This document shows positions 12,801-24,800 of a stretch of DNA of 41,692 nucleotides, piece after piece. Each line of letters starts with the position of its first letter. Positions within the stretch are counted from its first letter, which is position 1. Position numbers and translations under genes: made by a program. The stretch comes from Tubiluchus corallicola (taxonomy: Eukaryota; Animalia; Priapulida). The notes below the pieces were generated by a model, which saw only the letters and a program-made list of their open reading frames with translations, ran no database searches and was not told the DNA's origin. The stretch lies in the NCBI GenBank assembly GCA_030141605.1, contig JAQGDQ010001429.1, positions 1 through 41,692 on the forward strand, in the 5' to 3' direction.

Positions 12801-15800
12801 AAGTACATAAATATAAATTTCCTTAAGGCCCTGTTTATCAATAATCTCACTATATAGCTAGCTATAACGCATAGCTATATAAGCATAATAATTTAACAAT
12901 TTTGCATTCATAATGATAACAAGTGGGCTTGATTATCATTTGCAAGTTATGTTATTCTGGAACAATCCCAAATTCTAAACATAAGTACTATACAAGCAGC
13001 AACTCACAGAATGGTACGACTAGTAAAAATAACAATAATAATCTCAGCTGTAACTTTGACACATTTTGCACAATGTCCGTCTACCTTGTACAGATTCTTA
13101 ATTGAACTGTTGATAATTTAGGTTGATTTCATGAATTTCCCTTGGATGCTTAAGCAGCGTGATAACCACGTCATCATCCCTGCGTTGAAACAGCATTTCT
13201 CCATTATAGTGTAACAGTCCCTGCTTTCTGGCTCTCATTATCATGCCAACCAGTTTATTAGAAACCTTGGTGTAAAATTCAAACAGTTCACCAAATGTCA
13301 CACGCACAAGACCATCGTCACAAACGACTCCAATGTCAGTAATGATTTCACATAACTGAACAATTTCTCCACTTATGTGAGTTCCCGCTTGCTTGCCACG
13401 CATCTCGGTTTTTGAGCCTTCGGGAGGTTTCCCGTAAGTTTCATCAGTTTTTTTGTGTCTGCTTACTCCGGCATATCTCTGCGAGAAAGGATTGGACTTC
13501 TGCGAACTCTGATGGCTCTCGCCTTTCTGTTGAAACATGGCTACACGATTTCCCACATCGCCGCGGTTGCACTTCAGGGACATTGCAAAGTCTGAGACCT
13601 CCTTGTGCTTGGATGCCATGTTTACGTTAAAACAGTGTTTACTAATTTGAATGTACCCGTGAGTTTAATACCTGTAAGTTTGCTACCTCAGTAACAGTTG
13701 TTTATAGCCAATCAGTTAGATGCTCTGTGAACAGCAGTAAAAAGTAGCTAATCACGATCACTGCTTCTCATTTTTCTGAAAAGAAATATCGGTAATATTA
13801 GCTCTACAAAAGTTTAATAAAAAATGTGGCTTAATAGGTCTTGGGGTAGGGGAACAAATGCAGAGTGCCAAATTTGTGAGTGCAATGGACCAGCTTGAGA
13901 ACTGGTGAATAATTTTACATTGGTTGCAATCAATACTAGAATTTTGTCAAAAAAGTGACTAAAATGCCACAACCACCCAATTTATTAATCAATAATATAG
14001 GCTTAGTTATTTAAATGTCATGTGTTTTAATACTAATGCACTAATACCATGATGCAGTGCTTACTGTGCTATTGTAATTACTTTTATATTAAATGGCAGA
14101 AAACAAAAGAAAAGCTAATATTCCATGCTTTTAGCTTTTACAATTTTTGTCCTACGTTTAACTTTTAGAACTCTATATATTTTCAAAACGTTATCCGCAG
14201 AGCAGTTTGCTTTTCGTTTTGTCTACGGTATTTAGAAAATGGCTACCAGTCTCGTGAAGCCGGAACGAAGACCTCTATTTAGACGCAAACTTGAAAACTA
14301 TTTTTGGAACTTCAGGCGTCGGGATTCTTACAAACTGATCAGATGAAAGACATACTATACAACGAAGGATTAGTATCAATACTCGTCTAAAAAAAACTGT
14401 TATCCAGATAGGTAAACTAAACTAATAGTCTAACCATAACTAAATAACGAAATTTGTTTCTTCGAAGAATATTATAATAATGAAAAATCAAACCCTTCTC
14501 CAAGTTCGACGTGCCATCCTGGTAACCTCAGCAAGCACAGTGGCAGTGGCACAGCTCTTTGCAAAATATGATGCGCAGTCTGCTCAGTTCAGCTGCAATT
14601 TATTGTCAGGCGTGTCATCTCGCTTTCACTGTCTCACGTCTCTAAAGATAACAGTACTATTCACTAGATCTCGGCATGTACATGTAATGCACTGTAGTGG
14701 CAAAAAGTTTTGCTAATTACTACAATAACTGTTTTACAGCCAAATCACTAAACGCTGCAACATCTTTTGCCATTCAATTCAGTAGCACGTGCCAAAAATT
14801 TTTGTTTATCGCAAGAGAAATTATAACACGAGGAAACACCCATTTTCAACTACTGCTAAAAGTTGTCAACTGCTTTTTGCTTCACTTATGTCACTAAACT
14901 CATTTTTACTATGTGTTTATTTGACTGCAATAATTTCACCTGAATTAAATGTAATCTATGCTCCAAACCTACCAATCATAATTATGGAAACATGTTCCAA
15001 TACAATAAGTACTGGTATAATTATTATAATAAATGCATGGACAAAATATGAAATTACAACTACAGAATTACAGAAAAGAGAGAACAATGAGAACTTGACA
15101 CGAACAAAAGCGCAGTTTGATCAGTGATTCTTGTATTCTACGGATACATGCCAAATAAATGGTAAAGTTTAACGCATAGACGCTAATGAGTAGGTGTGGC
15201 ATTGAACATTCGAGTACGAACGTTCGAATTTGATTCGAACTAGTTTTTTTAGTTCTAATTCGATTCGAACCTAAAATTATAGACTCGAATAATTCAGCAC
15301 TTCAGCGACGTATGTTCTTTATCATTCAAATGTTTGAAACAGCATGCAATTGGAACAATTTAGCTGCAGTTTCTGTGCACAATTTTTAACAATCTAATAG
15401 TGGTTTTACTGCAGAATAAAATCAAGTAATATGCATGATCTTTGTAAGACCACGTTTTACTACTGATTCGAAAATCTTTCAAACTCAATTCGAATTCGAT
15501 TCGGATTCGAAAAACTGAAATTCTGCTCGATTCGAATTCGAAAGTCACAAATTCGATGCGAATTCGCATTCTGGTAGAGAATGCTCAACCCTACTAATGA
15601 GGTAGAGTCGTAGACACTAAGTCTTAATTACTAATTACAGAAATGTGTTTTTTTATTTTCATGGCACTAATTATTGTGCTTGCAAAGTAATGCTATAAAC
15701 CTACCATAATGAATGTATTAAATGTTTCCTTATTTAAAAAAATGTTGTGTCATTTTTTCAGCATAGCTTGCATAATCTGTAGTTTGCCTGACAATAGACA

Positions 15801-18800
15801 AAAATTGTGTTTCATTCTGTTGGTAACTTTTTTGTTTTAGACACTGCTGATGGATATCTGGATTATATAAGCAGACTGCAGAACACGGATAGCATTGTTA
15901 CATTTGCGCCAGGCGAATATATGCAAAAATGTATCGTTGAAATTTTTGATGACGCTATCATAGAAGAGGAAGAAAGGTGAGCATTTCAAATTCCTTATTT
16001 CTAATTCAGTACGATAATTTGTACGTTTACTCTTGCCAGTTGCTCATTAAATTTAGTCTCTCGCTCGTTTAACCCTTTCATACCCGTTGTATCCCGTGGG
16101 ATACGAGAATATTTTCTGCCTTTAAAATTAATAAAATTTTGAAACTGACATTTATTTGATCTGTTAATAGTTATTTTGATTTAAGCCAATAACAATAGAC
16201 TAAAAATGGTGATAAAATGGCAAATTAGAAAATCTACATAGCTTAAAAAACAACTGCGCAAGGTACAGTAGTTTAGAGACGACTTTGTACAGATCAGCAT
16301 AGCATGCATACTAAATGTCTTAAATACTTTAAAAATTATCAGCTGTTGCAAAATGAAGCACATTTTATGCTTTTGTTGTGTTTTTAAAAAAGTCGGGACT
16401 GGAAGGGTTAATATTTAATACTTTATTGTAAGGTACATTGTTTTATTCATTAGCTAGTCATATCGTTACTTTGTCTTTTATTTGATATTTTCTTTCCGTT
16501 GCTGGGTTCTTTTATTCGTTTGTCCAGTCCTTCATGAATGTAATAAACAATTCCTTCCTTCACTGAATCACTTTCCTCTTTTTCTAACAACTGCCTTCCT
16601 GACTATCTGGGCTTGTGTGCTTTGTGCAAGAGCTTCTCAAGTTATTGTCGCATTGCTCCAGTTCTTTCTTTTCTCTTTTGTTTTCTTTCTTGTCTTTCCT
16701 TCTTTCTTGCTTTGTCCCTTTCTTTCTGCCTTTCTTTCTGCCTCACTTTCTTTTTTCTTTCTTTCCTTTCTTCCTTTATCTTTCGTTCGTTCCTTCTTTC
16801 GTTGTTTCTTTCGTTTTTGTTCTTTCTTTCTTCTTTTTTTCTTTCTTTCTTGCTATCGACCTTTCTTTCTTTGTACCTCACTTTCTTTTTTCTTTCTTTC
16901 TTTCTTTCCTTCCTTTATCTTTCTTTCGTTCTTTCTTTCGTTCCTTCTTTCGTTTTTTTGTTCTTTCTTCTTTTTTCTTTCTTTCTTTCCTTCTTTCTAA
17001 TGTTTCTTACTGGTCGAAACATTATTACGGGTACATGCTACACTAACGACTCAGTCATACTCTGGCTGCATCACTCACCAAATACTCAGTCGCTCATAGC
17101 CTCATACACACACTATCATCATGCACCTCCCTTTTTCACCCATCCTTTGACTAACGTAGTTTACTCGCCCCTCATACCAAATCGTTCACAACTGTACTCA
17201 CTGATTAGAACATTGGTTTTATTCATTACTCTCGCATATTTACAACGTTCACATTTCAAATTCAGGGGAGCAGCTAAAGATTTATATTAAAACTGACTCT
17301 CTGCTTGCAGGTTTTACGTGAAACTATTGTCACCAAGCGGTGGAAGACTAGGAGATGTAACAGAAGTTGTAGTCATCATCGAAGAGGATGAGAATGACGG
17401 TGAGACGCTAAAATAGAAAACTTTAGAAAACAAACGGCCGTTTTTGTGGTCTAAATTTAAAACCAAATTTTTTGGTATGCATTTTTTATTGTTTAGAGTA
17501 CAATGCTTAGTATATTTTTATTGTTTTTTACATGATAGTTCCAACGTTGGCATTTGACTCGTCTCTTTATAAAGTGGGAGAAGAAGACGGACAGATTGAA
17601 GTTAAGATCTACAGAAATGGCACTGATGTAGCACATACATCGACAGTGATGGTCAGGTCACGTCCTCTAGATGCGAAAAGTGCGACCAGTAAGTATTTGG
17701 TAAACAATGTTGCTTCGTGCTAAAATTTTTCCACATTACTTAATTTTTCTCCCTGTTAACTTTTTTAACTTTGACTTTTTTACTGATATAAATTAAATAT
17801 AAGTTCGTATTGATCAAGTTAATTTTCATTAGTTTTTTAGAGAAGTGTCACATTTTTAATCAATTCTAGGCATCAGCCATCCGGTAAATCACAAGCTGAT
17901 TTCATTTCCACGTACAATTTTACATAGTTTAATAAAAAGCACGGAAAGGATTAATGCTGCCATTGTTGATATACGTGAACAGGCCTTTAGGAAGTGACAA
18001 ACTTCACACTAATTTACATAAACTAATCTGTTGTTTTTAGGTGGTCATGATTACGTCAGCTTGAATCGTATGATTGCCTTTTTACCTGGCGAGGCAGAGA
18101 GGAATGTTCGAGTGAGAATTTTAGATGACAAGGCTCTGCCGAAAGTTGAAGGATTGGAGTCGTTTGAGCTAGTTCTAACTAATCCAACGTATTCCAAAAT
18201 TGGTTTCCCTGGCACGGCTGTTGTTACTATAAATGATACTCTCTCTGATGGTAAATCCAAATCATTTGAATGGCTTTAATTTAATTTACCAGTATCATAA
18301 GCAAGACTATTATTGATTAATTTGTACTTTTAATTTTCACCTTTTATCAACATCAGAATTCTAATTTTAGAAAATTTAGCCCAAATTTTTTATCTGACTT
18401 AGTTGATTATTTGTTTGTTGCGTTGTTAGATATAAGGAGGGGCGTATTAACCAATAGGCTGACCAGGCTATAGCCTAGGAGCCCAAAGTTTGAGGCCGTC
18501 ACATTTTAGAAAAAATTCTTATTCTCCTCGGAAAATGTGTATACTTTCATATTATTGTAAAGTGCGCATTCTATAACACAGACATTCTATATTCACAGAC
18601 AGTTATTGAACTCAGCTTTTTTATAAGTGCCACATAACGAACAGACGCAAGGTATTACACAACAAGCAGTTGCGCAATTTGCTTGAATATAAGCGCTACA
18701 TAGATACATGTAATTAATAATGACAGTGCAGAAACTAGGTTAATAGTATTTCTAATGCACCACAAGTAATTGTTTAATGTGCCCATTACATAATTAACCA

Positions 18801-21800
18801 AAAATTCACAATAGAAATGGGTAGGATAGAAATATCAGCGTAGGGCGTTGTAAAGTGTTGATACGCCCTTTGTTATAAGAGAACTGATTTGCATTTTGCT
18901 AACCATCAAAAGCTTACTCATAGGCTTAAATCACTTTAATTTATAGTTCCAGTAATGCAGTTTAAAAGACAACAAGCTCATGTGAACGAACACGATGGTT
19001 TTGCTCACGTCAGCATAATTCGGACAGGAGACATTGAACACGAATCGACCGTCATTTGCTACACAGTGGACGGTACTGCTTTTGCAGATATTGACTATGT
19101 CGAACGCCCTAACACTCTTCAGTCTGTCGTCTTCTTTAACAGAGGTAATATATTCAACGTTACCTGGCTGTTGTAAATTTGTAATGTTGTAAGGGCCAGT
19201 GTACCTTCAGTCATGTACTTACTTACTTACTTACTTGCTGCCCCCACCAGGTGGAGGCAGGCCAGCACAGGTAGCATCCCCCACCACGCCACTGCTTCCG
19301 GTCCTTGCAGTACGACGGCAGCTCTGTGAGATCGTCGGAAACTTGGTGGTAGCCCAAGAAGAGACACAACATCGCGCTTGATTTGATGCCAGAAATGGTT
19401 TTGTTGACCTCCTCTGCAGCGCTTTCATGTGCTGGCTCTATAAGGTTCCGTGTCCTACAGTTGTAGCTATCCCTGGTGAAACCTATTTTACATATAAGAT
19501 CTCTTATTATTAGGATGCTGGTTAAAAATCAAATTGATCTTATTTTGATGTCTATTCTAGGCACAATAATGTTGCACATATACCACATTTATTGTGTACA
19601 CTCTACAAGTATGATTGGAACGGAGTAGGTCTGAATATCAATTCAATTCAATTCAATTCAATTCTATCTATTAATCTTTCTTCCTTCCTTCCTTTCTTTA
19701 ATTCTGCATTTCCTTTTTCGTTCTTTCTTTCTTACCCTTTTTCTTTCTTTCTCCTTTTCTTTCCTTCTTTTTCCCTTTTATTCTTCCTTTATTTTTTCTT
19801 TCTTCTTGTCTTTCTTTCTTTCTTTCATTCCTTCCATCCTTTCTTCTTCTTACTTTCCTTCCTTCTTTCTTTCTGTCTTTCTATCTCTCTTTCTTTCATT
19901 CCTTCCATCCATTCCAATTGAGTTTCAAGAGTAATATAATAATAAAAATGGAAAATAACACCGAGTACCCACTTGAGCAAATACATGGCTTTTTTCATGT
20001 ATAAACATCTGTAACGTTTCGATCAGTTATGGCCATATAGTAGTAGTAAAATCTTTATTTGCTATTATAAAAACATTGACCATCATATTAAAAGACAGAC
20101 AATCAGTGTTAGTTCATATAAAAACATACACTGTTCTGGGCAAATGCGTCTGGTGCAAGCTAAACTATAAGTGCAACTAGACATTCAAAAATAAAATATA
20201 AACTAGTTTAGTGAGGTCTAGGAAAAATGAAATTATGATTTGAGTGAGTATCATCGTGTTCGTATGTCGGATATTCAAAACGAGTCATTAAATGTTTTTA
20301 GACTTGAATATTGGTAAAGAGCTGCTGTGTTTTAGTGATGACGGTAATGAATTCCATAGTTGTATTGCTTGCTTAGTAATGGAATTCTTTCACAATGAAA
20401 TGTTCACACAACAATCGACCTAATTAAAAATACAGCGCATAAAACTTACAAAAATCAACATTGTCAGATGCAAACAAGACAAATAATAAATTGTAAAAAA
20501 TAAAAAAAACGTATTTCAACCCCTGCTCAAGAAATTCCTGATATTTTATTTTCATTCAGGTGATCGAGAGCAGACTTGCAGCGTTGAACTTGTTGATGAT
20601 GCCAAATATGAAGACGAAGAAATGTTTATGGTGGCTTTAGCTTCACCAGGTAGCGCTACCGCAGGACATGCCAAGTTAGGATTCACAAAACAGGCAACAA
20701 TCTCCGTCACAGATGACGACAGTACGTCACGTGATTCCTAATTATTAAGCCTATTTTAGCACAAAATTAATGCAAATATTGACTACAGAAGCCACATGAT
20801 CGCCATCATTATTTTCAACTATGTGAAGATGGCTTCTGAAGCTTCAAAAGCGCAGACAGAAAATATTGAATTTAGTTCAGAATCACATTAAACTAACAGT
20901 CAATAGTACCTTCATTTTGCAAGTAGTATGGTAGATTCGTTTGTAAACCTACTTTCTGTGTGAGCTTCTCGGTTCTGAGGTTGAAGCCAGTCCATGGGCA
21001 ACGAAATACTTTAAAGCACAAGAGAACCCTTCATAAACATAAAGCTTAAAAAAATCGTTTTGAAATTTTATATCGCTTACATACTGCCTTTTTACATGCA
21101 GGACTTCAATCGGCAGTCACGCTGTATAAAACATGTAAATTTAAACTCCCGCGATGACCGTTAGACGCAGCCATTTTCACGACAGGTCATTTGATACAAG
21201 TTTAGATAACATTGTGTAAAGTTTGAAAAAATAATCATAGCATTCGTAGCGAACAAGTCGCTAACTAAATAAAATTTAAAATTACTGTATCTTGTCATTA
21301 AGATTAAAAATGGTTAGGGAGTGGTGCACCCTGTAGGGTGAGTCAGTGAAATTTTTTTAATTGGTGAAAACATTTTAAATAATTAATAATTTTCTTTTCT
21401 AGTTACATAAATCTCTCTAGCAGCTAAGCGAAAATCTAAGTAATATACATTTGCATGGAAAGTCTTTTGAGATATAATTTAACATTTCCTTTTCTTCCCT
21501 TGATTTACATCTGGTATATGACGTCATATAATGGCGACTTCGGAACAGTATTGCGGGAGATTTAAAATGAAGACAAACTAAAATTCCTTTCAGTGCGAGT
21601 AAGATATACGCATAATTGCTATAAAGTAATATAATTTTTAAGTCTATTTCTCTGAAACCTACTTCAGGTACCTCTTTTCTTGTCCTTTAAAACAACGAAA
21701 TCAGCCCAGATGGCCACTAAGGAGTATTAGTCCACTCAGTCTATTTCTTGTTTCTCTATTAAGACAACAGCTGAGGTCAAGAGCTGCTGCACGATTGACG

Positions 21801-24800
21801 AGTAAAGCTTTGCACAAGAACTTTCCAGACGTTCAACTAGTAAGCTACTGGCTGAGTAACTGTTTGCAGTTCTGCTAAATAAAAAAAAACACTATATTCA
21901 AGGCATATGTTTCAAGTTATTCAGACAAAGTTGCTCTTGTTGGTTTTAATTTTTCTGTTTCTGGGATTTACTGTTGTGTAAAGCTTCGATTTGGTCGCTC
22001 TCCAAGCTTTCGAATCATACAGCTGTTAAAATTTGGTTAGCGTGTTAGCCTTTGTTAGGCAATGGCTGTATATAAACGACACTGTAGTAGATAGACGATT
22101 ACGAATGAGTATAAAAATTAAGAACACTAATAGAACGTTGTTGAGGTGAAATAATAATGGTGCGTTCAGACTCTCGCAACTTGTTGCACAACTTCTCTCT
22201 GAGAGTAAAATTGCAACGTGTGAACGGCTTGACAACTTTTCCAGCAACTTGTTGCAACATGTGAACGACTTGACAACTTCCCCAGCAACTTGTTGCAACA
22301 AGTGAATGGCTTGGCAACTTCTCTCGCAACTTGTTGCAACATGTGAACGACTTGGCAACTTTTCCAGCAACTTGTTGCAACGTGTGAACGGCTTGACAAC
22401 TTTTCCAGCTACTTGTTGCAACATGAGAACGACTTCACAACTTCTCCAGCAACTTCTTGCAACAAGTGAATGGCTTGGCAACTTCTCTCGCAACTTGTTG
22501 CAACATGTGAACGACTTGACAATTTCTCCAGCAACTTGTTGCAACATGTGAACGACTTGACAACTTCTCCCGCAACTTGTTGCAACATGTGAACGACTTG
22601 ACAACTTCTCCCGCAACTTGTTGCAACATGTGAACAACTTGACAACTTCTCCCGCAACTTGTTGCAACATGTGAACGACTTGACAACTTCTCCCGCAACT
22701 TGTTGCAACATGTGAACAACTTGGCAACTTCTCTCGCAACTTGTTGCAACATGTGAACGACTTGACAACTTCTCTCAGAGAGAAGTTGCGCAACAAATTG
22801 CGAGAGCAGTCTCTTCGTCTGAACGCGCCATAAGGAAATCTTTTTACGAAGGTTTGTGACACTGAACTTACCCTATGCGATGTTCACCTGATACTATTTT
22901 AACAGAACCAACCATTAAATTTAATGAAACAAAGCTGCTAGCGAGGGAGCCATCTACAGAAGATGACATTGTTGTACTGAACGTGACAGTAACAAGAACT
23001 GGAGATGCTTCACAAACTTCAGCTGTCAGAGTTCACACGCGAGATGGTACAGCAAAGTCCGGCATGGATTATTTTGGCGTTTCAGAAGGTAGACATTTTA
23101 GTCCAGTCCAGCAAAATAACTCAAAAGTATAATATGTGAAATCGAGACAAATATAGTAATTGAACTGAATTTTTGAACAACAAAATAACAGACCCCCGAA
23201 TTGTATGTGCAAAATTTCTTTTTGCTACATTATGCGATGAGTTAAGAAATTACATGTTTAGCTTTCTTACTATAACTTCTGTTAATTGAAGGATGCCTCT
23301 ACTGGTGTTTCTTAATTTTCTATTTAACATTCTTAATTATACGGGTTCTTGTCATTGATGATGTCCTTAAAGCTAAATTAAGTGGGAATAATTTGACTAG
23401 TTATTCTAGTTCTGGGACATTGTTCTAGAAAGGACACATTGAAAAATTATTTAACTTTTGAATAATATGGTCCAGAATGAAGAGAAAACGAAAAATGTGA
23501 GCATTGGCTTGGATTTGAACTTTGCCTTCCGGTTAAGTTGGTTTCAAAAAATCGATAAGTTTGGTTTCAACGTACCGTGCATGAACCACGGTAATCCTGA
23601 AGTTAAGGTTCGTTTGTGAATAATCGTTTGTCTGAAATTTGTCTGTTTTTTTTAGAATTAGTCTTTGAACCCTACGACAAACAAAAGAACATCGAAGTGG
23701 AAATTTTATATGACGAGGAAGAAGAAAGGAGAGAGACGTTTACTGTTCATATTTTGCCTGACAAATATGGAAGATCGAACGTGCAGGTTAAACTTTTAGC
23801 AGTTTACAGCTAAACAAATTATGTTATAGTATAGTAACCACAGTGGATAATATTTATCTAATCTGTTTTACACAATTGGTTGTTCTGTAACCCGGGATTC
23901 AGGACATAACGGCAGAGATCTTATTGGCAGATTAGTAGGTTGGCAAATCTGCTATACTTTCATTACTGTTATCAAGCAGTTTGTTCTAGCAAATGTTTAA
24001 ATGTTTTTCAGCTATCTCAGAAAGTAACTGTGTTTATTGAAGACAAAGACATGGCTTCAGACGTGGGTTTTCCTGTGAAGCCTCTGCTCGTTTCTCTGGT
24101 GCATCTAGACAATGACACTGATGGTCCACTACTACCTGGATATCCAATAGTTTGCGTTACGGTATAGCTTGGTTTTTATTTACTGTACACAGGTATTTTG
24201 CTACGTCAACAATTACATTTTTTTTATTCGCGTGTCGAAGTTGCACAGCACAGCATAGCAAGGATGTAGATTCTTCCTTTCTGTTAACAATGTTATTCAG
24301 TTTGAGAGCAATATCAAAACAAATATTTAATTGATGAAAGTATATACCTAATAAAATAAAATAAAATAAAATAAAAAAACTTTTGCTTTTAACGTCTGTA
24401 TTACTTACAGCAAACGAATCTTTAGTTTAAAGCAAAACATAACTGTTGTGGAGATCGCTGGCGTCTATTAGAATTACATAGAACATTGTAGAATGTTCCG
24501 TTGGAATGATCGTCTTACCGTGTGGAATAAAACTTCTGGAAGCTTCTTGGGCGCGCTATATAAGGCGAAGCAGGCCGCTGAGACGTGGGGCACAAGGATT
24601 CACACGACGGACGCCACTCACACATTCTCTTGTATACTTACATTTTCAGATACACTCAAACGTTTTCCAGATTTTCACGTTTAGTGTAATCATTTCGTAT
24701 TCCTTCACACTTTGTGTTGTAGAATTCTCGCTTAATAAACTAGTTTAATTTGATGAAGTGTTTTCTGGTTTTCTCTACGAGCCTTCCTAGAGAAACAAAA

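Noticed and set aside
16482-17290. Phe/Ser-rich hydrophobic ORFs
   Set aside because: (TTTC)n microsatellite; same for 19592..19921
22212-22775. CRISPR-like regularly spaced palindromic repeats
   Set aside because: No unique spacers; contiguous 41-bp tandem units inside a MITE in a eukaryotic intron, no cas genes
22026-22862. 278-aa ORF and overlapping ORFs
   Set aside because: Translations of the 41-bp array cycling through frames
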